A stretch of 64,000 nt of DNA, from positions 32,001 through 96,000 of the forward strand of contig JBAXAI010000003.1 of the NCBI GenBank assembly GCA_037142615.1, written 5' to 3'. Positions 36,788 through 47,752 of this stretch are shown here, in pieces. Position 1 is the first letter of the stretch; every line of letters begins with the position of its first letter. Source of the stretch: Spirochaetales bacterium. Lineage in GTDB: Bacteria > Spirochaetota > Spirochaetia > JABEVK01. The notes under the pieces were generated by a model. That model searched no databases. It was not told the origin of the DNA and saw only the letters and a list, made by a program, of their open reading frames with translations. Both the position numbers and the translations under genes were made by a program.

Positions 36788-37756
36788 ATGTCAGACGGGC
36801 GCAAGAAAAAAATCACGGTGGACGATCTGGTGCGACATTCCGGAGTCTCGCGGAGTTCCGTGTTCCGGTACTTTCAGGGTAAACCCCTGAAACCGGCTCT
36901 GAAAGAGGCCCTGGAAACTGCGATTTCCCATTTGGAAGGCGCTGGGCCCCGGTCCGGGCTGGGCCAGAAACTGGTGCAGGAAGTCTTGGTCTCGATGGCG
37001 CCGGGAGGGGCCAAGTTTGCCGGGTTCGCGCAGGTGGTCGATGGGCTGATGGAACGGCTGGCCGAAGTCGGCGGCAAGGTCCGGTTAGTTTCGGGGACAG
37101 ACCTCCCCACGGAACGAACCTCCGGGGCGGGTGTCGTCATCCTGGGGAAGAACCTGGCAGAAGAGGAGGCCGAGGCAACTCAACTCGAGGCGGCGGGAAT
37201 CCCCTTTGTGCTCATCAACCGCCTGTTGCCGCATTCCCGCTGGAGTTCGGTGGGCATCGACAACCGCCGCGCCGCTGCCGAAGTCGTCGGACTGCTGCTC
37301 GATCGGGGACACCGGCGCATTGGGCTGTCGGCCGAGGGCTCGGAAGTGAACCGGAACGTCGCCGACAAAGTGCTGGGGTTCCAGGACGCTTTCACCGCGC
37401 GAAACCTGCCGGTGCCGGGCGAGTTCGGCGGGCTGGGCGGCCCCGAACGTCCAACCGCTTGGTTCGCCTTCGACGACGAGGCGGCCATCCAAATCATCCG
37501 CGACGCGCAGAACGCCGGTTTGAGGGTTCCGCAGGATCTGGCCGTTCTTGGGTTCAACGACCTCGAGTCGGGCCTGTATGCCTCCCCGTCGCTGTCGACC
37601 GTGCACGTCCCTTTCCGGCGGTTTGGCACCGATGCCGTCGAAGTTTTGAACGCCCTGATGGCCGACCCCGGTCGGAAGTCTATCCAGTGGGTTCTGAAGC
37701 ACCAACTCATCGAAAGGGAGTCCACAGGGCCCCACACCAAAAACCAAGGAGAATAG
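36788..37756 (+). CDS. LacI-family transcriptional regulator
   Basis: ITVDDLVRHSGVSRSSVFR HTH; IPFVLINR, GHRRIG, VPQDLAVLGFND, PSLSTV, LIEREST. Confidence 0.9.
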   Translation: MSDGRKKKITVDDLVRHSGVSRSSVFRYFQGKPLKPALKEALETAISHLEGAGPRSGLGQKLVQEVLVSMAPGGAKFAGFAQVVDGLMERLAEVGGKVRLVSGTDLPTERTSGAGVVILGKNLAEEEAEATQLEAAGIPFVLINRLLPHSRWSSVGIDNRRAAAEVVGLLLDRGHRRIGLSAEGSEVNRNVADKVLGFQDAFTARNLPVPGEFGGLGGPERPTAWFAFDDEAAIQIIRDAQNAGLRVPQDLAVLGFNDLESGLYASPSLSTVHVPFRRFGTDAVEVLNALMADPGRKSIQWVLKHQLIERESTGPHTKNQGE

Positions 37757-37758
37757 CC

Positions 37759-38958
37759 ATGAAAAATTTACCCACCGAATTCGTCCTCGAGCCTCTCACC
37801 AACCCCACCCGCTTTTCGCGGGGTCCCGGCCTCACCTCCAGCGCGCTCGACCGGGCGATTTCCAAAGCTTTGAAGACCGTGAAAGCCAACATCGCCCGAT
37901 TCCCGGCAGGGTCCTATCCTCCGCCGGCCAGCACAGGCCAGGTGTACACGCCCATCGCCAACACCGAGTGGACTTCCAGCTTCTGGACCGGCCAATTGTG
38001 GCTTGCTTACGAACTCACCGGCGAAAAACGCTACCTGACCGCAGCCCAGTCCCACCTTCCCGATTACCGGAGGCGGCTCGACACCCGGACGGCCATCGAT
38101 ACCCAAGACCTGGGGTTTCTGTACAGCCTGTCGGCCGTCGCCGAGTTCAAACTGACCGGCAACCCCGAAGCGCGCGCCACGGCTCTCAAGGCCGCCGACC
38201 TGCTGATGGTCCGCTATTTTGAGAAGGCCGGGGTCATCCAGGCCTGGGGCGATTTGAACGACCCGGTGAACAAGGGGCGGATCATCATCGACTGCGCCAT
38301 GAACATGCCCCTGCTGTTCTGGGCCAGCGAACAAACGGGGAACCTCTACTACCGCGAGGCTGCCGCCGCGCACCTGGCGCAGGCCAACCGCTACTTGATC
38401 CGCCCCGACGCGTCGAGCTTCCACACCTACTTTTTCAACACGGAATCCGGCGAACCCCTGCGGGGCAAAACGGCTCAGGGCTACGCCGACGACTCCTGCT
38501 GGGCCCGGGGACAGGCTTGGGGAATCCTGGGTCTGCCTTTGAGCTTCCGCTACCACGACGACCCCGCCTACCTCGAAACCGCCCGGAAGCTGGCCCACTA
38601 CTTTCTGAACCGCCTGCCCGAGGACTTTGTCTGTTACTGGGACCTGTGTTTCACCTCTGGGCCCGAAGAACGTGACTCGTCGGGTGCAGCCATCGCCGCC
38701 TGCGGCCTGCTGGAACTCGCCAAGGCCCTGCCCGCGACCGACCCGTGGCGCCGCACTTACGAGGACGCCGCGCTCAAAATCGTAGGGTCGCTGGCCAAAA
38801 ACTACACCGCCGACCTGCCGGCCTCCAACGGCCTTCTGCTTCACGGGGTGTACAGCAAACCCGGCAAGGCTGGCGTCGATGAGTGCCAGGCGTGGGGCGA
38901 CTACTTCTACCTCGAGGCGCTGGTCCGCCTGAAGAAGAGCTGGAAGGCATACTGGTGA
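37759..38958 (+). CDS. GH88 unsaturated glucuronyl hydrolase
   Basis: [61 protein letters not shown]. Confidence 0.92.
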   Translation: MKNLPTEFVLEPLTNPTRFSRGPGLTSSALDRAISKALKTVKANIARFPAGSYPPPASTGQVYTPIANTEWTSSFWTGQLWLAYELTGEKRYLTAAQSHLPDYRRRLDTRTAIDTQDLGFLYSLSAVAEFKLTGNPEARATALKAADLLMVRYFEKAGVIQAWGDLNDPVNKGRIIIDCAMNMPLLFWASEQTGNLYYREAAAAHLAQANRYLIRPDASSFHTYFFNTESGEPLRGKTAQGYADDSCWARGQAWGILGLPLSFRYHDDPAYLETARKLAHYFLNRLPEDFVCYWDLCFTSGPEERDSSGAAIAACGLLELAKALPATDPWRRTYEDAALKIVGSLAKNYTADLPASNGLLLHGVYSKPGKAGVDECQAWGDYFYLEALVRLKKSWKAYW

Positions 38959-40583
38959 ACCCCGGCGACTTCATGCCCTGGGTGGCTCGGACCGACGCCG
39001 AAAAGGCCGCGCAGCGCGAGCATCAGCAGACCTTGGCGCTCCAGTTCCCCTGCAGTTTTGGGGACGATAGCTTCGTGTCGCCCGAAGCCCTGCTGGGAGG
39101 TCTGGACGAGTTGGTTCTCGGCGACCGCAGCTACATCACCGCCGGCGCGGTGATCCGCAGTGGCCGCGTCGAGCTGGGTGATGACTGCTCAGTAAACGCC
39201 CACGCGGTGGTGGCCGGCAACGTCACCTTCGGCAATGGCGTGCGCATGTCGTCGCTGGCTTCGGTGTACGGGTTCAACCACATGTTCGACCGTACCGACG
39301 TCCCGATCCACCAGCAGGGCGTCGTCTGCAAAGGCGTGGTCATCGAGGACGATGTGTGGATTGGCTCGCACGCGGTGGTCGTCGACGGGGTGAGGGTCGG
39401 CCGGGGCTCGGTGCTTGCCGCCGGCGCGGTGGTGGTCAAGGACGTGCTGCCAGGTTCAGTGGTCGCCGGAAACCCTGCCATCGTCATCAAAACCCGGGGC
39501 GCCTCCGCTGCCAGCCCCTTGGACCGCAGTTTGAAAGAGTTTTCCGGTCGCGTGGCCGGGGAGTGGAAGAGCGTGCTGAGCGCGCATTCCATTGTGGGGG
39601 AGGAAGGCCCGGCCTGGGTGAACGAGGTGGGCGGCCCACGGACTTTCCGCGCGCTCACCGACGCTGTGGAAATCGCCGATCTGTTCGGGGCGCTCCCGCC
39701 CGGCGTCCCGCGCGCGGAGTTGGTCCGGCGCCTGCAGGTTGAGCAGAATCCCGTTACGGGCCTGGTGCCCGATCCGTTCAACCCGCCCTCGGTCACCTCG
39801 CGGCCCGAGGCCCTCGAAGATCATCTGTCGCGTTACCTGATGATGGCGGCTGGGTACTGCCTGGAGCTTCTGGGGTCGTCGTTGCCGAATGCCGTGCACG
39901 TGGTCGAAGACCTCGACGCGGAAACCCTGACCGCTCTGTTGCAAACCCAGCCGTGGGAAACCAACGCCTGGAGCGCCGGTGACTGGATCGACGCTGTGGG
40001 CACGGGGTTCGCCTTCAACCGCCGCCGCTCGCCCGCCAGCCGGCGCCCCGACGCCCTGTTCGGCTGGCTGCTCGCCCACTGCGACCCCGCCACCGGCTTG
40101 TGGGGCCGACCCACCCGCCAAGAGCGCCTGCTGCAACCCGTGAACGGGTTCTACCGCCTTACCCGAGGCACTTTCGCCCAGTTTGGCTTGCCGGTCCCGT
40201 ACCCGGAGCGGACCCTTGACAGCGTGTTGGCCCACTCGGCCGACCCCGCCTTTTTTGGGCCCGCGCGGGGCAACGCCTGCAACGTGCTCGACGTGATCCA
40301 CCCGCTTTGGCTGTGCCGCAAGCAGACCGCCTACCGGTATGAGGACGGCCAGCGGTGGGCCTTGGGCCAGCTGAAGCGCCTCCTGCAGGCGTGGGTTCCG
40401 GGCCGGGGTTTTGCCTTCACCTTCGAGCCCGCTGCCACCACCTCGCTGCAGGGCACCGAAATGGGGCTGGCCATCGTGTATTTGCTGGCCGACTACGCCG
40501 CGTCGGCGGGACCCTTGGGGTACCGGCCCCGGGGCATCCACCGCCCCGAGGCGCTCGTCAACCCGGGCCCGACAGCTGGTTAG
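38955..40583 (+). CDS. Hexapeptide-repeat acyltransferase fused to an uncharacterised C-terminal domain
   Basis: [42 protein letters not shown] followed by about 350 extra residues; GTGA overlap with GH88. Confidence 0.8.
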   Translation: MNPGDFMPWVARTDAEKAAQREHQQTLALQFPCSFGDDSFVSPEALLGGLDELVLGDRSYITAGAVIRSGRVELGDDCSVNAHAVVAGNVTFGNGVRMSSLASVYGFNHMFDRTDVPIHQQGVVCKGVVIEDDVWIGSHAVVVDGVRVGRGSVLAAGAVVVKDVLPGSVVAGNPAIVIKTRGASAASPLDRSLKEFSGRVAGEWKSVLSAHSIVGEEGPAWVNEVGGPRTFRALTDAVEIADLFGALPPGVPRAELVRRLQVEQNPVTGLVPDPFNPPSVTSRPEALEDHLSRYLMMAAGYCLELLGSSLPNAVHVVEDLDAETLTALLQTQPWETNAWSAGDWIDAVGTGFAFNRRRSPASRRPDALFGWLLAHCDPATGLWGRPTRQERLLQPVNGFYRLTRGTFAQFGLPVPYPERTLDSVLAHSADPAFFGPARGNACNVLDVIHPLWLCRKQTAYRYEDGQRWALGQLKRLLQAWVPGRGFAFTFEPAATTSLQGTEMGLAIVYLLADYAASAGPLGYRPRGIHRPEALVNPGPTAG

Positions 40584-41731
40584 CGGTAGTCCCTGACCTT
40601 CTCGAACTCGTCGAGCATGGTCATAAAGTTGCCGTAACTGCTGCCGACGGCGATGGAGTGGCTGGTGCCGAAGATGTAGCCACCCCCTGGCCGGGCGTTG
40701 GTCACGGCGTAGGCCACCGACCGTTTGATGTCATCCCTGGTGCCCCGCATCAGGTGCTCGACGGGCACGCCGCCCCACAGGCAGAGTTTGTCGCCGTAGC
40801 GCTTTTTCACCTCGGCGATGTCCATCTCCGCGGTGGGCTGAATGGACTGGTAACAATCCCAACCGATGTCGACAAACATGTCCATCAGCTTCCAGTTGTT
40901 GCCGCAGGCGTGCTTGAGCACCGGTAGTTGGTACGCCTCGTGGATGCGCTGGACGCGCTCTTTGGTGTAGGGAACCACAAACTCGGCGAACAGTTCGGGT
41001 GAGATCATGGGTCCGGTCTTGTAGGCGAAATCTTGCCCCCACAGCACGGCGTCCTGCCCGGGCCGAATATAGTAATGGTCATCGAGGTGGCCTTTTTTCA
41101 GGTTGTACTTTGCCGCCGCATGGACCACGTCGGGGTTGAGCAGAAACTCCGACAGCGCCCGTTCCATTTCGCCCAGCATGGTCATCTCGACCCCGGTGCC
41201 CGAACCACCAACCAGGTATTTTTCCTTGCCCAGGTGCGCGATCACGTGATCGACCACCTCGAACACCGAAGGGTCAGGCGGGCTGGCCACCGGCTCCGCC
41301 AGGTAGTCCTCGAGGCGGTACTCCCTGTCCCACAGCAGGGGGTCATGCACCATGGTGATGTCCCAGGTGGTCTCCGAAAGCTTGAAAATGCGGCCCTCGG
41401 CGTCTTCCCAGGTTTTTTCGTCGATTCTCCGGGGTGGGTTCGGCTGGTAGTCCTTCGGGGGAACCAGGCTCGAAGCCATGGCCCCAATATTCACCAGATC
41501 GATGCAGTCGAGCTTGGTATACAGCTCGACGGTGTCTTCTTTCCAGCTTTGCACCACCTCGTCGCGGCGGCCTTCCCAAAAGGCGATTTGGCTCTTGGCT
41601 TTGGCCCTCAAGTAAGTCTCGTGGCCCAGGATTTTCTCGGCCGTGTCGAAGTCGATGGCGAACTCGCCAAACGGGATTCTGTCGGGAATCTGGTGGTTGA
41701 GCGCCGCCTGCACACGTTGTTTGGAAGTCAT
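40580..41731 (-). CDS. Uroporphyrinogen decarboxylase/MtaA-like (URO-D superfamily) protein
   Basis: [61 protein letters not shown]. Confidence 0.85.
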   Translation of the reverse strand: MTSKQRVQAALNHQIPDRIPFGEFAIDFDTAEKILGHETYLRAKAKSQIAFWEGRRDEVVQSWKEDTVELYTKLDCIDLVNIGAMASSLVPPKDYQPNPPRRIDEKTWEDAEGRIFKLSETTWDITMVHDPLLWDREYRLEDYLAEPVASPPDPSVFEVVDHVIAHLGKEKYLVGGSGTGVEMTMLGEMERALSEFLLNPDVVHAAAKYNLKKGHLDDHYYIRPGQDAVLWGQDFAYKTGPMISPELFAEFVVPYTKERVQRIHEAYQLPVLKHACGNNWKLMDMFVDIGWDCYQSIQPTAEMDIAEVKKRYGDKLCLWGGVPVEHLMRGTRDDIKRSVAYAVTNARPGGGYIFGTSHSIAVGSSYGNFMTMLDEFEKVRDYR

Positions 41732-41812
41732 GGCACCGTCCTTGTCGCTGCGAAAAGACTCCCTCGAGTTTACCCGCATTCCTCAGAGGACGCCATGGAA
41801 GACCCGGAAAAC

Positions 41813-41841
41813 TTGACAGATCGGGGGGGGCGATCTACCCT
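41813..41841 (+). promoter_or_regulatory. Putative promoter of the AraC-type sensor, with a G8 tract in the spacer
   Basis: TTGACA-GATCGGGGGGGGCGATC-TACCCT, ATG 7 nt later; AGATCG/CGATCT inverted repeat. Confidence 0.5.
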
Positions 41842-41848
41842 CGACGCC

Positions 41849-44140
41849 ATGCTTCCCCAGGTCCACTTCGGCGGTCGACGTTCGTTCTCTATCCGATTCA
41901 CGTGGATCCTGTCGTATGTCGCCCTGTTTATGGTTCCCATTGTGGTGTTTCTGCTGGTGTCGTGGAGCAGTTCGCGGATTCTCGAGGAACAGTTGGCCGA
42001 GTCCAGCGCCACTTTGGTCGACCTGATGGTCAAGGAAATCGACGGCAAGCTGGACGACGTGAACCGCATGGTCAACGACGCCACCTGGAACCCCCTGACC
42101 CAGTCGCTGTTCAATCAAACCGAACTGAACGACGGCGCCAGAATGTACGATATGGTTCGGTTGGCCAACGATCTGGCGCTCTATTCGGGGTACAACCGGT
42201 TCGGGGAGTTCTTCTTCATTCACTTTCCCAACTTGAACGGGGTGCTGATTCCTGGCTCGTACTAGCAATTCGGCCTCTTCCGCGATACCTACTTCCCGCC
42301 CTCTGTGCCTGGTATTTTCGACCTCCAACAGGCCTTGGAACGCCGCAACGACGACGCCTCGCTGCCCATTGTGTACCGCGACGTCCAAGGGAATGCCGCC
42401 AAGGCCGTGCTGCTTCTCAAATCCATCCCGCCCTCGCCTTCCAGCCCCGTTTCGGCCACTTTGGGAGCCATCGTCCGCGCCGATGCGGTGATCAGGACCC
42501 TTCATTCGACCATCAAGGCCTCGAGGTCGGAAATCCGCATTGTCAATCAGCAGGGTGCGGTGCTCGTTTCGTCGCTTCCGACGGTGTTTCCCACCGACCA
42601 GCCCCCGGGGTCGGTGCGCATCGGCAACGAGGACTACACTCTTCTGGAAAAAGAAACCCGGACCTTTGGCTGGAACGTCCAGGTTTTGGTCCCTGAGTCG
42701 ATTATCCGGGGCCGTCTGCTGATCAACCAGGCCCTGATCGTGCTGGGGCTTCTGGCCAGCCTCGTGCTGGGAACCGGGTTGATCATCTTTCTGCTCCGGC
42801 GCAACTACGGCCCGGTCAGCCGGCTGCTCGAAACCCTTCCCGCTGGCAAGGATGGGACGTGGGAGAAGGACGGGGATGAGTTCAGCTACATCGGCAAGGC
42901 CGTTTTTCAGGTCCAGGACAGGTTTGAACGCAACAAAGAGCCCTTGCGGCAGAACCTGGCGAGCCGTTTGTTGCGGGGCCGCCGGGAAACGGGGATCTCG
43001 CTTGAAGACAGCCTGTCGGCACTCGACCTCGCGTTTGCCACGCAGGAGTTCGTCGTTTATCTGGTGCAGGTCATCCATCCCGAGGACCCCGAGCAGGAGA
43101 TCTCCCACCTGTTTCATCGGCAACTGGCCGTGAGCCTCGAGGCGTTGGGTCTGGTGCTCCGGGGATCGGACGAGAACCCCCTCGTGTTCCTGATCAACCT
43201 GCACGCCCTGGCCAGCGAACAGACCCTACACAACCTTCAGGAGGCGGTAGTCGCTTGCGGACAAGCCTTGCGGGAACAGCACGGGCAACCTGAGCTGATG
43301 TATGCCAGCGCCTTCAGTTCGGTGGTGCACGAAGTGGCGGCCATTCCCACGGCCTGGCGGCAGGCCAAGACCGCGCTGGAATATCGGTTCGTGGTCGGGG
43401 GGGCGCTCCCTTTCGCTTGGGACGATCTCAAGCTGGAAAAACCTGCCGCTCTTTACCATTACGACCAGGAGCGGGAAACCAAGCTCATGACCGTGGTGAA
43501 AGCTGGCGACGCCGAGGCAGCCGCCGACATTTTGTCCGAGATTTTCGCCGAGAACTCGCAACCGGGAACGCAGATCCTTTCGCCGTTAGCGGCCCAATGT
43601 CTGGTGTGGGACCTCGTGGCCACGCTGATGAAGGCTCTAGCCGAGATTTCGGAGGGCGATGAGAGTTTCACCCGCTTGTTCGAGCCCGTTTCGTCGCTGG
43701 CCCAAAGCACCCAGTGGGACCTGGTCCGTCAGGGCATGCAGAACATCGTCCGCGACGCCTGCCAGCACGCGCGCGAGCTCAACAGCCACCATGTCGCCCA
43801 GCTGAAAACCACGGCCAACCGCCAGTTTATCCAGCAGGTCTGCGCCTACCTTCAGGCCCAGTTCCGGGACCCCAGCCTCAACCTGACCAAGATCGCCGAC
43901 GCCCACTCGCTCACCCCGGCCTACCTTTCGCGCCTGTTCCGCGAAAACACCGAGGAAGGGATTTTCGACTTCCTCAACAGGATCCGTATCGAAAATGCCA
44001 AGACCCTGCTGCGCACCGGCAATGGCAACCTTCAGGAAGTCGGTCTGGCCAGCGGCTACGTCGACGTAAAGACGTTCATCCGCTCGTTCCGACGGTTCAC
44101 GGGCGTGACCCCGGGCAAGTACCGCGAGACCACCAAGTAG
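41849..44140 (+). pseudogene. Membrane-bound AraC-family (YesS-like) regulator interrupted by an in-frame TAG at 42263-42265
   Basis: N-terminal TM/sensor ORF (to 42265) and ORF 42305-44140 (TM, C-terminal AraC HTH: LTPAYLSRLF...GY.D..TFIR.F...TG.TPG.YR) are in the same frame with only that stop between them. Confidence 0.8.
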
Positions 44141-44285
44141 GCCATTTTCCCCGTTTTTGGCCCTTCTATTCGCGTTTTTGACCCTCGCAACCCCCCGAAC
44201 TTGCCCATGGCGTTCACCTTATTGACCCTTCACGGGCGGGCAAACTGACTCCATCATGAGCCAAGTTTCACTTCAGGAGGATCTC

Positions 44286-45854
44286 ATGATGAGATTGCGA
44301 ATTAGTTCTCTGTTGATCGCGGTTGTCCTGCTTCTGTCGGTGGTTTTGCCCACCACAGCGCAGGTTTACCCGCTCAAGAATGCCCCGACGTTGACCTATT
44401 GGATGAACGTGAACACCGCGTGGTCCAACCGCTTCAAGACTTTGGGCGACACCACCTTTGGCTTGGAACTGGCCAAGCGTACCGGCGTGAACGTGGTGTA
44501 TACGCACCCGGTTCCCGCTCAGTTCGACCAGAGCTTCAACCTGATGCTCGCTTCGGGCGACCTGCCCGACCTGATTCAGAACAACTTCCTGACCAAGATT
44601 CCCGGCGGACCCGACAAGGCCATCAAGGATGGCTACCTGCTGCGCCTCAACGAAGCCATCGCCAAATGGGCTCCCAACCTGACGGCCTACCTGAAGGCCC
44701 ACCCCGAAGTCGATAAGCTGGTGAAGTCCGACGAAGGCAATTACTACGCCTTTCCGTTCATCCGCACCGACCCTTACCTGATGACCTATCAGGGCCCCAT
44801 CGTTCGCCAGGATTGGCTGGATGAGCTGAAGTTGCCCGTGCCGGTGACCATTGACGACTGGACTGTGATGCTCAAGGCCTTCAAGGAAAAGAAAGGCGCC
44901 ACTGCTCCCTTCGCCATGGCTCCCTACTGGGGACCGACGAACGCCGCCTGGCAGAGCCCGGCCTTTGTCGGTGCCTACGGTACGCTCAAGAACTGGTACA
45001 TCGACAACGGCAAGGTGAAGTTCGGTCCCAGCGACACCCAGTACAAGGAGTTCCTCAAGCTGTTCGCGGGTTGGTACAAGGCCGGCCTGATCGACCCCAA
45101 CTTTGCCCTTTCCGACGCCAAGCAGCGCGACGCCATCTATGTGGCCGGCATGTCGGGCGCCACGGTGGCCAACATCGGCGGCGGCATCGGCTACCTCGTC
45201 AAGCTGATGGAAAAGGTCGACCCCAAGGCCCGGTTCGTCGCCGCCCCTTACCCTGTGCTCAAGAAGAGTGACAAGCCTGAGTTCGGCCAGATGGACCTGC
45301 CCTTTACCGGCGTGGCCATCGCCATTTCGGCCAAGACCAAGAACCTCGAAACCGCCGTCCGTTACTTGGACTACGGCTACTCGCCCGACGGCGCCATGTT
45401 CTACAACTTCGGCACCCCCGGCGTCAGCTACAACATGGTGGGTGGTTACCCGACCTATACCGACTTCATCATGAAAAACGCCAAGCTTTCGCTCCAGGAA
45501 GCCATGGGAGAACACATCCGCGGTTCCAGCGATGGTCCCTTCCTGCAGGACAAGCGTTACGCCGAGCAGTACTTCCTGCTCCCCGAACAGAAAGCTGCGG
45601 CGACCCTCTGGAGCAGCACCAACGCTGCCAAGCACCTGTTCCCCAACCTGTCGCCCGACAAGGCCGACATCGCCGAAATGTCGAAGATCATGTCGGAAGT
45701 GAACACCTACGTCGACGAGGCGTTCATCAAGTTCGTCATCGGCGCCGAGCCGGTGGAAAACTTCGACAAGTACCTCGCCACGCTCAAGCAGCTCAAGATC
45801 GACCGCGCCATCGCGATTTACCAGAAGTCGTACGACGACTTCCTCAAGCGCTGA
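44286..45854 (+). CDS. Oligosaccharide ABC transporter substrate-binding protein (LplA/AlgQ-like)
   Basis: AGGAGG RBS; signal peptide; FNLMLASGDLPD, VRQDWLDEL.LPVP.TIDDW..ML.AFK. Confidence 0.9.
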   Translation: MMRLRISSLLIAVVLLLSVVLPTTAQVYPLKNAPTLTYWMNVNTAWSNRFKTLGDTTFGLELAKRTGVNVVYTHPVPAQFDQSFNLMLASGDLPDLIQNNFLTKIPGGPDKAIKDGYLLRLNEAIAKWAPNLTAYLKAHPEVDKLVKSDEGNYYAFPFIRTDPYLMTYQGPIVRQDWLDELKLPVPVTIDDWTVMLKAFKEKKGATAPFAMAPYWGPTNAAWQSPAFVGAYGTLKNWYIDNGKVKFGPSDTQYKEFLKLFAGWYKAGLIDPNFALSDAKQRDAIYVAGMSGATVANIGGGIGYLVKLMEKVDPKARFVAAPYPVLKKSDKPEFGQMDLPFTGVAIAISAKTKNLETAVRYLDYGYSPDGAMFYNFGTPGVSYNMVGGYPTYTDFIMKNAKLSLQEAMGEHIRGSSDGPFLQDKRYAEQYFLLPEQKAAATLWSSTNAAKHLFPNLSPDKADIAEMSKIMSEVNTYVDEAFIKFVIGAEPVENFDKYLATLKQLKIDRAIAIYQKSYDDFLKR

Positions 45855-45857
45855 TCC

Positions 45858-45871
45858 GAGGTCTGACCCCC
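45858..45871 (+). repeat. Isolated copy of the REP core GAGGTCTGACCCCC
   Basis: Identical to 18087-18100; 3 nt after the SBP stop codon. Confidence 0.55.
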
Positions 45872-45926
45872 TTTTCTACAAACCCGCCCCGGACACTTCC
45901 GTCCGGGGCCTCAAGGAAGCAACCCT

Positions 45927-46859
45927 ATGCCTGGTAAACCCAAGAGACTGCTCAACAAGAACTCGCTCGGCTGGGACCTTGTCCAGAACAAATCTCTCTA
46001 CTTGCTGATGATTCCTGTGCTGGCGTACTACCTTTTGTTCCATTACCTGCCCATGTACGGCGCGGTGATGGCTTTTCAGGACTACAGCCCCATGAAGGGA
46101 CTTTTTGGGAGCGATTTTATCGGACTCCAGAACTTTTTCGACTTTTTCGACAGCTACTATTTTTGGCGGATTTTCGGGAATACCCTGATCATCAGCTTCC
46201 TTTCGCTGGCCTTTGAGTTCACCACACCCATCCTTCTGGCTCTGATGATCAACGAACTGCGGTCGCAGAAGCTTTCGAGCGTGGTCAAGACGGTCTCGGT
46301 GTTTCCGCACTTCATCTCGCTGGTCATCGTGTGCGGCATGGTCAAAGACTTCACCAGCATGAACGGCATCTTCAACGAGATCTTCAAATTGTTTGGGTAC
46401 GACGGGCTCTCCATGCTGCAAAAGCCCGAGCTGTTCCGGCCCATCTACATCATCTCTGGCATTTGGCAGAATATCGGCTGGGACTCCATCATCTACATCG
46501 CCGCCCTCATGGCCATCGACCAGACGCTGTACGAGGCCGCCGAAATCGACGGAGCCGGCCGGTGGCAGCAACTGTGGAAAGTCACCATACCCTGCATTTT
46601 GCCCACCATCGTCGTGATGTTCATCCTTCGCGTCGGCAACATCATGAACGTCGGGTTTGAAAAGATCATTTTGCTGTACAACCCGATCAACTACGAGACC
46701 GCCGATGTCATCTCGTCGTTCGTGTACCGCAAGGGGCTGATCGACTTCCAGTGGAGTTACGCCGCCGCCGTCGGTCTGTTCAACTCGGTGATCAACCTCG
46801 GCCTGCTGCTGGTGGCCAACCGCCTGAGCAAAAAAGTTACCCAGTCGAGTCTGTGGTAG
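45927..46859 (+). CDS. Carbohydrate ABC permease (LplB-like)
   Basis: YLPMYG..MAFQDY, PHFIS.VIVCG, EAA loop LYEAAEIDGAGRWQQ. Confidence 0.92.
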   Translation: MPGKPKRLLNKNSLGWDLVQNKSLYLLMIPVLAYYLLFHYLPMYGAVMAFQDYSPMKGLFGSDFIGLQNFFDFFDSYYFWRIFGNTLIISFLSLAFEFTTPILLALMINELRSQKLSSVVKTVSVFPHFISLVIVCGMVKDFTSMNGIFNEIFKLFGYDGLSMLQKPELFRPIYIISGIWQNIGWDSIIYIAALMAIDQTLYEAAEIDGAGRWQQLWKVTIPCILPTIVVMFILRVGNIMNVGFEKIILLYNPINYETADVISSFVYRKGLIDFQWSYAAAVGLFNSVINLGLLLVANRLSKKVTQSSLW

Positions 46860-46868
46860 GAGCCCGCC

Positions 46869-47750
46869 ATGAAAAAAAGACAATCCCTTGCCGAGCATCT
46901 GGGCCAAGGCTTCATCAACCTGTTCATGATCGCCTTCCTGGTGGTCACGCTGTACCCGCTGCTGCACGTTCTGTTCGCGTCGATCAGCGAGCCCTCGCAA
47001 CTGGTTGCCCACCGGGGGCTGATCCTCGCGCCTCTGGGTTTCAGCTTGCAGCCGTTTGAGTACCTGTTCCGCAACCAGTACATTCTGAGTGGTCTGTCGA
47101 ACTCGGCGCTGTACATCCTGGGCGGTGTGAGCGTGAACATCGTGATGACGGCCATCGCGGCCTACGTGCTTTCCAAGCGCTACGCCAAGCTGACCAAGTT
47201 TTTCACCATGTTCATCATCTTCACCATGCTGTTTTCGGGCGGTTTGGTGCCGTTGTACCTGACCATCCGGGGTTTTGGCATGTACAACTCGTACACTTCG
47301 CTCATCATCCCGTTTGCCATCAGCACCTTCAACCTCATCATACTGCGCACCGCGTTCGAGGGCGTTCCGGTCAGCCTCGACGAGTCGGCCCGCATCGACG
47401 GGGCGGGGCACTTCACCATCCTGTTCAAGATCACCATGCCGCTGGTGATGCCCATGATCGCCGTCATCATCCTGTACTACGCGCTCGACCGCTGGAACGG
47501 CTGGTTCTTCGCCTCCATCTTCCTCAAGGACAAGGAATTGTTCCCCATCCAGGTCATTTTGCGGGAACTGCTGATCGACGGCGACAACGGGGCCACCATG
47601 GCCGGCAACGACAACGCCGACTTGATGATGCTGTCGCAGTCGATCCGCTACGCGGGCATCGTGATCGGCACGCTGCCGGTGCTCTTCTTCTACCCGTTCC
47701 TGCAGCGCTATTTCGTGAAAGGGGCGCTTTCGGGCGCTATCAAGGAGTAA
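46869..47750 (+). CDS. Carbohydrate ABC permease (LplC-like)
   Basis: FSGGLVP.Y, SLDESARIDGA, YPFLQRYFVKG...GAIK. Confidence 0.92.
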   Translation: MKKRQSLAEHLGQGFINLFMIAFLVVTLYPLLHVLFASISEPSQLVAHRGLILAPLGFSLQPFEYLFRNQYILSGLSNSALYILGGVSVNIVMTAIAAYVLSKRYAKLTKFFTMFIIFTMLFSGGLVPLYLTIRGFGMYNSYTSLIIPFAISTFNLIILRTAFEGVPVSLDESARIDGAGHFTILFKITMPLVMPMIAVIILYYALDRWNGWFFASIFLKDKELFPIQVILRELLIDGDNGATMAGNDNADLMMLSQSIRYAGIVIGTLPVLFFYPFLQRYFVKGALSGAIKE

Positions 47751-47752
47751 CC

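Noticed and set aside
42263-42265. Pyrrolysine or programmed amber readthrough
   Set aside because: No pyl genes or tRNA-Pyl seen, and TAG is an ordinary stop for many genes here. Nonsense mutation or sequencing error is simpler.
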